Of a stretch of DNA of 28,589 nt, positions 15,176 through 23,531 are shown piece by piece. The position numbers and the translations under genes are program-made. How positions within the stretch are numbered: position 1 is the stretch's first letter; the number at the start of each line of letters is the position of its first letter. The stretch comes from a virus (taxonomy: Duplodnaviria; Caudoviricetes). The stretch covers positions 1 to 28,589 of IMG/VR virus record IMGVR_UViG_3300037422_000398. One strand, 5' to 3'. The notes under the pieces were generated by a model. The model was not told where the DNA came from and did not search any database. It saw only the letters and a program-made list of their open reading frames with translations.

Positions 15176-17539
15176 TTATTGGTTGCGCAGCTTGCTGCGT
15201 TTGATCTGTGCTTCGATTACCGCCCGACGGTCGGCGTCGGTCCGGCTGAAGATCGGGTCCCCTTCCACGGCAATCTCGCGAACGACGCGACCGCTCTCGG
15301 TCGGCAGCACTTGCCCGCCGGGTAGCCCGACACCACTGCGGATCTTCGCCCGGGCATACTCGTTGACCGGCAGACCGCGGAAAATGTCGCCGATCTCGGG
15401 GTCGCGGCGGTTAACAAACGGATCATACCGGTTAGACACACGCCCGGTGAACGAGCCGGCCTGCGCTTGGTTCACCGCTTCGCCGCTTTCAAACATGCGC
15501 TGCATGACCTCGAGCGCGCGCTCTTGCGCTGGGGCCGACAGATCGAAGATGCTCTGCTTGACCGTGCCATCCAAATCTGTCCAACCGCGGGGAAGCCCGG
15601 TGGCCGGATCGAGCCCACCAGCGGCGGCGTCAGCCGTTGCCATCCACTGCTTGAAGCGATCGACACGCGCCGGATCCGGCTTCTGCGTGACCGGGTCCAC
15701 CAGGCGCGTGTTGATCTGAGCGTCCAGGCGCTTGTTGGCTTCCGCCTTCTGCTCGGCGGTGGCTTTCGACAACGCGGTCGAACGCTTGGACTCGAGCTCG
15801 GCGATGTCCACGCCCACCTTGGCCCGATCGATGTCCCGGCGCGCGGCGCGATCCTCAGCCTCGCTCTGGGCGATCCCGGTGTCCAGCCGCAGACGGCTCT
15901 GGGCGATGTCGTCGGCGCTCTTCCGGCGCGCGGCGGCTTCCTGGCCTTGGATGGTCAGGGCTCGGTCCTCGGTGAGCGACTGGCGCAGGCTCTTAGGCGC
16001 CGTGCGCAGCACGCGCTCGCGCTCGGCTTCGGCGTAGGCCGCATTCACCCGGGCGCGTTGCTCCGGGGTGACCGCCAGCTGATACGCCAGGTTCCGATCG
16101 TTCGGGTCGTTACTCGCCAGCCGGGCGCTGATGGCCGCGTCGAGGTCGGCGGCTTCCTTGGCGGCGAGCTCCGGCCCGCCGATGCCGCTAGGCCCTTGGT
16201 TCCAGGCCACGTCCTTCCCGGTGAACTCGATGACCCCGTTGTCCTGCACGTCGGCCCGGATGTTGTTACCCCGGTTGGCCTGGAGCATGTTGTAGTCGGC
16301 CAGGTTGCCGGCGTTCGGGTTCTCGATGCCACGCAGCCCGCGGCCACGGCCGGCAGCAGCCAGGCGCTCCTCGAGAGTCTTCGTGGGCACCCCGCTGGGG
16401 CTCACAGGCAGGACGCCAGGCGCCTGTCGAAGCGCGACCGGCGTCTGATGAGCCGAGGGCATGGCAGCCGCCTCCATAGCGCGGTGGCCAGCCGGCGCGG
16501 CCGGCCCGGGCGAGGCAGCCATCGGGCCTTTGCCGTCCGGCCATAGATGGGCAGTGCGCGCGGCCGCGGCCTCCGGGCTGGCGTACGCACCGGGGTTGGC
16601 CGTCAGGCTACCGTCGCCTTGAGGCGACAACAGCGGGTTCGGCCGCAGCGTGCGCGGGCGGTTGTACGGGTTGGCCGGGTCGAACTCGTCGTCACCACCG
16701 GTCGCCATGCGCAGCGAGCCGCGCTGCTTTGCGCCATGTGGCGCAATCCCGTCGTTGGTTTGCGCCACAATCTTGTCCAGGCGCTCGGGGCCACCCAGGG
16801 CGTCGACCGTCTTGGCGGGGAGCACGTACTCGCCGTCCGAGTACATGGCCGGGATCTTGTCCTCGCGCGGGCCACCAGGCCCTTCGACCCGGCCCGGGCC
16901 AGCATGCACGCCGCCGTGCGCCATCTCGCCCGGGGTCACCGCGTCTGCGGACACGTCGGTGTCGTCGCGCAGGGACGCGGGGCGCGGGCGGAACACGGGT
17001 GGGACGCCCGTGGGACGATGCGGGGGCTTGTCGAGCGGCCCGCCGCCGTCCGCCGCGCGTACCCCAACGGTCATCATGGGGTTTCGCCGCTCAGCGAAGA
17101 CCTGGTGCTCGTAACCGCCGGCCGGCTCACCGCGCAGAGTGCGCATCCAGCTGTCGTTGATGATCGGGACGGTCGGCTGACGCACCGGGGTGCCCAGGCT
17201 TCCGTCGGGGTTGCGCTGCAGGAGAGGATTCGGCCGGCTGCCGCCCATGGCGAAGCCCCAGTCGGCCATCTTCATAGAGATGGCGTCATTCATCCCCTGC
17301 CAACCGCGATAGACCGCGTCGATACCCCGCGAAACGGGATTCTGCGGGGTATCCACCGGCATCTGCGTCGGAGCATCTTCGCCGGGCAGCGGCGACACGG
17401 TCTTGGGTTGGGCGGTTCCGACCGCCTCTTCCATGTCGTCCAGCTGGCGCTGGCGGTCGAAGGGGCTCGCGCCCCCGTCGGCCATGCGCAGCGCGCTCTT
17501 GGCCTTGAAGCTCTTACTCATCTTGCTCTTGACGGTCAT
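15176..17539 (-). CDS. Internal virion/ejection protein (about 787 aa) with repeated AxGG motifs
   Basis: AAGGAGA RBS supports ATG 17539. Contains GPGGPREDKIPAMYSDGEYVLPAKTVDALG, a motif seen in tape-measure/ejection proteins; Pro/Ala-rich N-half, coiled-coil C-half. Confidence 0.75.
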   Translation of the reverse strand: MTVKSKMSKSFKAKSALRMADGGASPFDRQRQLDDMEEAVGTAQPKTVSPLPGEDAPTQMPVDTPQNPVSRGIDAVYRGWQGMNDAISMKMADWGFAMGGSRPNPLLQRNPDGSLGTPVRQPTVPIINDSWMRTLRGEPAGGYEHQVFAERRNPMMTVGVRAADGGGPLDKPPHRPTGVPPVFRPRPASLRDDTDVSADAVTPGEMAHGGVHAGPGRVEGPGGPREDKIPAMYSDGEYVLPAKTVDALGGPERLDKIVAQTNDGIAPHGAKQRGSLRMATGGDDEFDPANPYNRPRTLRPNPLLSPQGDGSLTANPGAYASPEAAAARTAHLWPDGKGPMAASPGPAAPAGHRAMEAAAMPSAHQTPVALRQAPGVLPVSPSGVPTKTLEERLAAAGRGRGLRGIENPNAGNLADYNMLQANRGNNIRADVQDNGVIEFTGKDVAWNQGPSGIGGPELAAKEAADLDAAISARLASNDPNDRNLAYQLAVTPEQRARVNAAYAEAERERVLRTAPKSLRQSLTEDRALTIQGQEAAARRKSADDIAQSRLRLDTGIAQSEAEDRAARRDIDRAKVGVDIAELESKRSTALSKATAEQKAEANKRLDAQINTRLVDPVTQKPDPARVDRFKQWMATADAAAGGLDPATGLPRGWTDLDGTVKQSIFDLSAPAQERALEVMQRMFESGEAVNQAQAGSFTGRVSNRYDPFVNRRDPEIGDIFRGLPVNEYARAKIRSGVGLPGGQVLPTESGRVVREIAVEGDPIFSRTDADRRAVIEAQIKRSKLRNQ

Positions 17540-17549
17540 GTCACTCTCC

Positions 17550-18530
17550 TTACGCTTCCACGTTCTCAATGCTGGTGAGCGTGGCCTGGCTGTGCAGGGC
17601 GTTCAGTGCCGCCGCGGCCATGGCGCCGGCCGCTTCAGCAGCGGCCGACGCGGCAGCGGATGCGTTACCCGCGCGCTGCATGAACGCCAGCACGTCGGTC
17701 TTTTGCGCCTCGAGATCGAACTTCGCGTTGGCCTCTTTCACATTATACTTGATCTCCTCGACGCGCACCCGGGCATTGTAGTAGTTCGTCGCAGCGTTGA
17801 TCAGTTCCGCCTGAGCGTTGGCCGACTGCTGGGAGAACTGCACCCCAACGTCAGCGGCTTTTGCCAGGGCGTTGATATACGCGCTCGCCGCCTGGACCGC
17901 GCTCACCCGCAGGCTGATCGCTTGACCCACTGCGAACTTGATCGTTTCCACCTTGATCTCGGCCTGCTTGATTGCGACGTCGCGTGACGCCTGGCTGATT
18001 TTGTTCTGCGCGTCGGCGTTCACACGGTACGCAGCCCAGACCAAAGCCCCGGGCGGCATCGCGTATCCCTTGGCGGACCATCCTTCCAATAGCTCCTGCT
18101 CGACGCGCGATGCGTCCTGGAGCACGCGGCTTCGGTCGCGCTCCCAGATCTGGTTCTCCACTGCCGCCGGCATCCCGGTCGTTCCGTTCGTGATCACGTC
18201 GCATAGCCACGCCTCCGCTGCGCCAAGATAGTCGCACTCGTTGGGGAAGTAGGTGGCGAAGAACGTCGCGAACTGCGCCACCAGGTCGTTCTTGATCTGA
18301 TCGTACAACGATTGGAACGTCGGCTCGAGGTTCACCTGAGCCACGTTCGGAATGTACACACCGAGGTCTCCGGGGTTCGGCGTGAAGCTGAAACCAGGCG
18401 AACCCATGGTCGCTGCGCTGTTCGCAGCCGTGATTGCCGTCGCGGCGTAGCTCGCCGCGGCGTCGGACTGATCGTTCGCGACTTCGATCGCGTTGTCGAT
18501 GATGCTTTGTACGGTTTCGGCTACAGTCAT
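17550..18530 (-). CDS. Ala-rich helical virion protein (326 aa), probable ejected/internal protein
   Basis: TAATG coupling, GGAGG RBS; Ala/Gln-rich helical composition; position before the two larger internal proteins. Confidence 0.7.
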   Translation of the reverse strand: MTVAETVQSIIDNAIEVANDQSDAAASYAATAITAANSAATMGSPGFSFTPNPGDLGVYIPNVAQVNLEPTFQSLYDQIKNDLVAQFATFFATYFPNECDYLGAAEAWLCDVITNGTTGMPAAVENQIWERDRSRVLQDASRVEQELLEGWSAKGYAMPPGALVWAAYRVNADAQNKISQASRDVAIKQAEIKVETIKFAVGQAISLRVSAVQAASAYINALAKAADVGVQFSQQSANAQAELINAATNYYNARVRVEEIKYNVKEANAKFDLEAQKTDVLAFMQRAGNASAAASAAAEAAGAMAAAALNALHSQATLTSIENVEA

Positions 18531-20443
18531 TAGATCCTCCGTTCAATCACCGCCGGAACGAACTCGACCGTGTCGAGCTCGAAGTCAGCGCCGTTCTCAT
18601 TATACAGTTCCAACTCGAAGTAGTTGGCTCGCAAGCCTTTTCCGAGATCAGCGCGCTGCACCTTCAGTTCCTCGGACGACGTGCGCGTCGCATAGACGTA
18701 GGATTCACCGTCCGCAGTAACGCGCACGAACATCCGGCCGGTGGACGAGATGCCGAAGTAGGCGTTCGCCAGCCGCTTCTTCTTCGGCGTGTGGAAGTCT
18801 CGCTTACCGAAGCTGACGCTCGCACGGATTGGACCGCCCTCGTCGTCGTCTCCCTCCAGCAGGTACAGACCGTCGGAGCGCATGCCGTAGTACTGCCCAC
18901 CGATGATCCCGAAGCTGTTGTAGTCGAAGCCCTCGTACATCGTGCTGCCGCCGCGGTCCGCGTTTACCACCCAGACCTCGGACGCTGCGTCGCCGATCGG
19001 TACAGAGAAACCGATCTGCACCATCGTATTCATGAGAGCGGTAAGAATCTCCGACGTGGTCATTCCCGCGGTGACTTCGACCTCGCTAGTCATGTCCACG
19101 TTCTCGAGCAGCACGACGGCGATTGTGCTGGCGACTGTGATGTTCGTGTCCATCACCACGAACAGAGTGTACGTGGCCTCTGGATCGGACAGCACCAACA
19201 GGTATTCGAACATCGACGCGTTGAACGGCCCTTCGTACGCGGAGCCGCCACCGAACAGGGGCTCGAACGACACTTCGCCTTGTCCGTAGTTATCAATGTC
19301 CGTACCCATCACTTCTAGAGGCTCGAACTCCAGGTCTGCGCCAACCGCTGTATGTCCATACGCTGACAGCTGCATAGGCTCGAAGTGCGGGTAAGCGATC
19401 GAGTAGTCTAGCAACTCGAGCCCGTACCCGTCGCCGTCCGCCGTCAGAGCCTCGAACGACACAACCCCTTGGCCGCGGCCTGCCCGGATGCCTAGACATT
19501 CAAGCGGTCGGAACGACACGGCGCCGCGAGAAGCGACAGACCCCTCGCAGGTCATCTCGAGAAAAGAAACAAGGCCTTGTGCGCCAGAGCCCTCACCGCC
19601 GAAGCAACTCAATTCCTCGAACGACAACGCGCCGCTACCGCCGAGCTCTGAAAACACCGGGTCGTATACGTAGTCGCTTCCAGAGTAGAGCGAAACATCG
19701 ACGAAGATCAGTCCGTAGCTAGGAAGGGCGCTGGTATACTCCAGCACGCTGTCGATGTAGTACTCGACCACATTGTCTCGCCGCACAAGTTCGAACGTCT
19801 CGTCCCCGGTGTACGCCCCCGCGGTATGTACAAGGGTACCGCGCTCGTAAATTTTCGCGTTGCCACCAGCGAAGTACCACGCATGGTCAATCTCGACGTA
19901 TCCGTAGTTGTTGTCCTCGCCATTGAATCCGATAGCCACACCCGTAGCGTTGGGGCGAACACGGAACGTAAAGCTGATGTTGCCTGTCTCAGACCGGGCG
20001 GACCGCGCGCCTGAGTTCCACCCAAGATTCAAGTCCTGGATGATCTGATCTGGAGCCGCCGGGATAGCCGGCGACGGCGGAATGTACGGAACGGCGGGAA
20101 TAGTCTCAGAGACTGTGATGTCGCGGCAGCCGCCGGTGCGCGCGCCACCGAAGCCACTGGTACCACCGGTGGTGCCGGGGCTGACAACCCAACCAGTTGC
20201 TCCACTGCCGCGCGGATTAGTAGGAACCCAGTACTGGCGCCCAGTTGCGGGGTCGGTGACGACCCGCCCGGGCGGAATCTGCGGCATTTCCGGATCCGGA
20301 GAGCCAGATACACCTCCGCAGCTGTTTACAACATGCGTGACGGTGCGCGGCGGCTGGTATTGCTGTCCAGGATACGCCGGCGTCCCGGGGGACCCCGGGA
20401 TGTAGCTGACACGGATCGTTTTCTCTAGCCTGTTCGCCATCAT
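18530..20443 (-). CDS. Tail/virion structural protein (about 637 aa), multidomain with internal repeats
   Basis: ATG 20443 overlaps the upstream TGA (ATGA). Beta-rich lectin-like segment, SFEPL-type repeats, C-terminal tail-protein-like domain. Confidence 0.75.
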   Translation of the reverse strand: MMANRLEKTIRVSYIPGSPGTPAYPGQQYQPPRTVTHVVNSCGGVSGSPDPEMPQIPPGRVVTDPATGRQYWVPTNPRGSGATGWVVSPGTTGGTSGFGGARTGGCRDITVSETIPAVPYIPPSPAIPAAPDQIIQDLNLGWNSGARSARSETGNISFTFRVRPNATGVAIGFNGEDNNYGYVEIDHAWYFAGGNAKIYERGTLVHTAGAYTGDETFELVRRDNVVEYYIDSVLEYTSALPSYGLIFVDVSLYSGSDYVYDPVFSELGGSGALSFEELSCFGGEGSGAQGLVSFLEMTCEGSVASRGAVSFRPLECLGIRAGRGQGVVSFEALTADGDGYGLELLDYSIAYPHFEPMQLSAYGHTAVGADLEFEPLEVMGTDIDNYGQGEVSFEPLFGGGSAYEGPFNASMFEYLLVLSDPEATYTLFVVMDTNITVASTIAVVLLENVDMTSEVEVTAGMTTSEILTALMNTMVQIGFSVPIGDAASEVWVVNADRGGSTMYEGFDYNSFGIIGGQYYGMRSDGLYLLEGDDDEGGPIRASVSFGKRDFHTPKKKRLANAYFGISSTGRMFVRVTADGESYVYATRTSSEELKVQRADLGKGLRANYFELELYNENGADFELDTVEFVPAVIERRI

Positions 20444-21978
20444 GGCTCCGGAAGGCCGTCGTACCACCACGACGGAATAGTAACTCGAGTGTCCGTGCGC
20501 CACGGTACGCAGGGGTCGCACGGCGCCGGGCTGCCTGGCATACCAACCCAAGTGACGGTATTGTAGTCGTAATTGTACGTGATCGCACTAGCTGGGGCAA
20601 TCTGGGTGGACTCCTCCGTCGTGTCGAAGTTGTCCTCCGAGAACCAAAACTCGCGCCGTCCGCCCGCCCGAACGGTGTAGTACACTTTCGCCCATATCGG
20701 GGTCATTTCGTACGGCCGGTGCGCACCAACGATCGGGCCGACCCAGCGGGCCTCGGACTGAAGGGAGATGGGCGTGAACGTAGCTCCGGCGTCGATCGTC
20801 ACCTGGTTATCAGAATCGCCGTCGAAGTCCTGATCGGGAACCGCCGGAGGACCGGCGTACTCTATGTACCGGCGCATCCATGAGTCCTCCCCCAGAATAT
20901 GGATCTGGTAGAAGTCTGTGCCGTCGCCATCTTGAGGCAACTGCGCACTCTGCCACTCGATGTTGCCGCTGGTCAGATCCAAGATCGTTTCGACCGCAAC
21001 GTAGTCCCCCATAGCGTAGTCGATCGGATACACAGTCTGGATCAAGACACGGCGGAGTGACAGAACATTGACGGACATATGCGCCATCTTTGCGATGTCC
21101 TGGATCTCCTGCTGACCTAGGAAGTTCGCGCGCTTGATGTCGGTCGTAGCCCCGGGTGCCGCAGCCTCAGTAGCCCAACCGGGCACGGGGAGGTCAACGC
21201 CAACGAACACGGTCGTGTCGTCGAGAACATACCCACCCCAATTGACGCCGTAGTCATATGTCACCCACAGCGTAGGGTAGTCATTCGGCAGCGCCGTGGT
21301 GAACACAAACGCACCCGGGGCGGGCATTGACACCTGAGAGAAGGTGTAGTCCTTGTTCGTGGTGAACGTCGGCATGGGAATGTCGGTGAAGAACCAGTCC
21401 CCCTCATCGAGGAAGAAGATCCGAATGCACGGCTTCTGCCGATCGACGTCCTCTTCGAAATAGAGCGGCATGCCGGTAACGAAGGAAGGCGCGCCAAGGT
21501 ACGCGGACTCGAAGTACGCAGACACTCCGATGCTCTCCCACGGCTGCGCGTACAGCCAGTCGAAAAGGAACGAAGCGCTTCGACCACCGTCGGTGGTCTT
21601 GAACAACGAGTAGTCGTAGACGTTACCAGCGAAACTATTGAACTGCGCGACGTACGCCCAGCCGTTACCGGACGGCGCGAGCCCGGTGCTGAAACGCGTT
21701 AGCTGCTGATCGCCTGGCATCGTCCCGCGCTTGTTGAACTTCTGCCGCGGGCGTGGCGTACCGCGGATCCTAGTGGGGGGATCCTCTACGGTGCTCACGC
21801 TAAACCAACCGTCGCCGCCCTCCGGCGTTAGGATGATCTCGGAGAACGCGCCCTTGTTGCGCGCGATGGCGCTTGGCGACGCGTGCGCTTGGAACGGCCG
21901 GCCTTGGTGGCGCTGGGTTCCGCGGGCAACTCCTGGGTTGCCCGTGCCCCAGATCTTCGGATACGGGCAGACTTTCAT
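20440..21978 (-). CDS. Putative receptor-binding/tail protein with Asp-box (BNR) beta-propeller repeats (512 aa)
   Basis: KTTDGGRSA, VTYDYGVNW, VTIDAGATF, FSEDNFDTT resemble S/T-x-D-x-G-x-T-W/F Asp boxes; aromatic/acidic composition. Confidence 0.65.
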   Translation of the reverse strand: MKVCPYPKIWGTGNPGVARGTQRHQGRPFQAHASPSAIARNKGAFSEIILTPEGGDGWFSVSTVEDPPTRIRGTPRPRQKFNKRGTMPGDQQLTRFSTGLAPSGNGWAYVAQFNSFAGNVYDYSLFKTTDGGRSASFLFDWLYAQPWESIGVSAYFESAYLGAPSFVTGMPLYFEEDVDRQKPCIRIFFLDEGDWFFTDIPMPTFTTNKDYTFSQVSMPAPGAFVFTTALPNDYPTLWVTYDYGVNWGGYVLDDTTVFVGVDLPVPGWATEAAAPGATTDIKRANFLGQQEIQDIAKMAHMSVNVLSLRRVLIQTVYPIDYAMGDYVAVETILDLTSGNIEWQSAQLPQDGDGTDFYQIHILGEDSWMRRYIEYAGPPAVPDQDFDGDSDNQVTIDAGATFTPISLQSEARWVGPIVGAHRPYEMTPIWAKVYYTVRAGGRREFWFSEDNFDTTEESTQIAPASAITYNYDYNTVTWVGMPGSPAPCDPCVPWRTDTRVTIPSWWYDGLPEP

Positions 21979-22553
21979 TACGGGATCTCTCGGGTTCCGC
22001 TCTTATTTATCCAGAACAAAACAGGTTCGCCTTCGAAGACACCAACGAAGAGCGAATCCAAAACGAAGGTCAAATCAACATCATCCAGTGATGCACCGGA
22101 GCTTCCGATCCGGATCTGTATGTAGTTGATCGGCGGCGTAAGCGTGGTCATGATCGCGGTCATATCAACCACAGCCGTGCGGGGCTCGCCCGAATCCGGC
22201 GGATCGAACGGGTCTGTCGCACCGAACACCTCTTGGTCACCCTCAGCCGTTGTGTTGATAATCACGCTAGGCAGAAGAGCAAGACCTCCCGCTGGATCCC
22301 ACTGAGTCAGCCCGCCGGTGTACGTCGGGGTGAAATCAAAAATCCACTCATAACCAGGCGCGGGGTCGATGCGCGTAGGATCATCAAGCTCCAAAATCAC
22401 GTTGGAGCCGCAATTGTGGTTGTAAGGCTCAGAAAACGGCGTAGAGTCCGCCGAGGTTACTTCCGCAACCCCGGGCGGACCCGCGTCAACAGTACCCTCG
22501 ATTTCTGAGATCTCCGTCCAAAAAGACGGATCGCTCAAATCAACGTTGGCCAT
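21978..22553 (-). CDS. Acidic beta-rich virion protein (191 aa)
   Basis: Tightly packed in the tail module; TAATG coupling to the next gene. Confidence 0.7.
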   Translation of the reverse strand: MANVDLSDPSFWTEISEIEGTVDAGPPGVAEVTSADSTPFSEPYNHNCGSNVILELDDPTRIDPAPGYEWIFDFTPTYTGGLTQWDPAGGLALLPSVIINTTAEGDQEVFGATDPFDPPDSGEPRTAVVDMTAIMTTLTPPINYIQIRIGSSGASLDDVDLTFVLDSLFVGVFEGEPVLFWINKSGTREIP

Positions 22554-22556
22554 GAT

Positions 22557-23006
22557 TTACAGCGTCGGCATTGCAACCGAGAAGTAGTCGATCGTCTGCA
22601 GCGCGGCACTGACCAGCGAGGTACTCGCGAGGTTCAGATCCGCGCCGGAGGTGGCAACCGTTCCCTGGATGCGCTGCAGCGAAGTCGAGCTCGAGCCGTC
22701 GTCTGCTTGGGTTTCGATACGGAAGAACGATGCAGTGCCGGTCGCGGCGTTGGTGCCAGACCAGATCTGAGTCGTTTCCTTGCTCAGCACGCCGTCAACA
22801 GCGGCGGCTTCGAAGTCGATACCCTGACCCGCACCGAGTCCCTGGTCGTTGTCGGTGATCTCGCACAGCAGCGTTGCACCACCGATCGCGGCATCCGCGG
22901 TCGCAGGCACGGTGCCGGCGTAGATGCGCATGACGCCGTCGTCCAAGACGCTCTTGAGCGAGCCGGTGTCAAGCATGTCGTTACGCAGTCCGGTGGAAGC
23001 TTTCAT
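22557..23006 (-). CDS. Virion structural protein (149 aa), small tail component
   Basis: AAGGAGA RBS; STGLRNDML...RIYAGTVPATADAA...GTASFFR...RIQG pattern common in phage tail modules. Confidence 0.8.
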   Translation of the reverse strand: MKASTGLRNDMLDTGSLKSVLDDGVMRIYAGTVPATADAAIGGATLLCEITDNDQGLGAGQGIDFEAAAVDGVLSKETTQIWSGTNAATGTASFFRIETQADDGSSSTSLQRIQGTVATSGADLNLASTSLVSAALQTIDYFSVAMPTL

Positions 23007-23018
23007 TGGTGTTTCTCC

Positions 23019-23531
23019 TTACGCTGAGATTACGGTGAAACCGCCCGAGACGCGAAGCACGCCGTCAGCGGTCATGTTCTTGGGTGACGCGAACTTCACG
23101 GCCGAGATCAGGAAGCCAGAGGTGCCGCCCTTGGTGGAAACAGAACTCATGAACCCACCACGGACAGTTTGGTTCGCGTTGAAGGTGAACTCCGCGGGCG
23201 AAGCGGTGTTGTCAACGGCGCCGCCAGCGATCGCTCCCTCAACCCACTCGACGCGGGTGGCCTCGTCGTACGTACCAGTAATTTCCCCGGCGGTACCTGG
23301 GAACGTCGCCATCGTGTCCCCAGCAATCGGGGTGTAGTTGTTCGCGTACAGCCCGATGTACCACGTCGGCACGTTCACGCCGTTCTTCAACAGCACGTCG
23401 AGCATGTGGTTGATGCCTTCAGTGGGCATCAAGTTCTTTACGATCTCGCGCTGTGCGGGATCCTCCGTGCCGTCGGGGTTGAATACCTGGATGAGGTAGA
23501 CGAAGCCCGCCTTGATTTTCTGGTCCATCAT
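23019..23531 (-). CDS. Virion structural protein (about 170 aa), small tail component
   Basis: ATGA coupling at 23531; NLMPTEG...WYIGLY...YDEATR...N.ASPAEFTF...TVRGGF pattern. Confidence 0.8.
   Translation of the reverse strand: MMDQKIKAGFVYLIQVFNPDGTEDPAQREIVKNLMPTEGINHMLDVLLKNGVNVPTWYIGLYANNYTPIAGDTMATFPGTAGEITGTYDEATRVEWVEGAIAGGAVDNTASPAEFTFNANQTVRGGFMSSVSTKGGTSGFLISAVKFASPKNMTADGVLRVSGGFTVISA

Noticed and set aside
16790-16900. Tape-measure-like motif suggesting a long-tailed phage
   Set aside because: The motif also fits ejection proteins. No tail tube, sheath, chaperone frameshift pair or baseplate genes are recognisable, and the adaptor/nozzle/three-internal-protein layout is podovirus-like.
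15467-17578. Long + strand ORFs (359 and 343 aa) and many other short ORFs opposite late genes
   Set aside because: Stop-poor shadow frames of GC-rich coding DNA with Arg/Ala/Gly-rich low-information translations.
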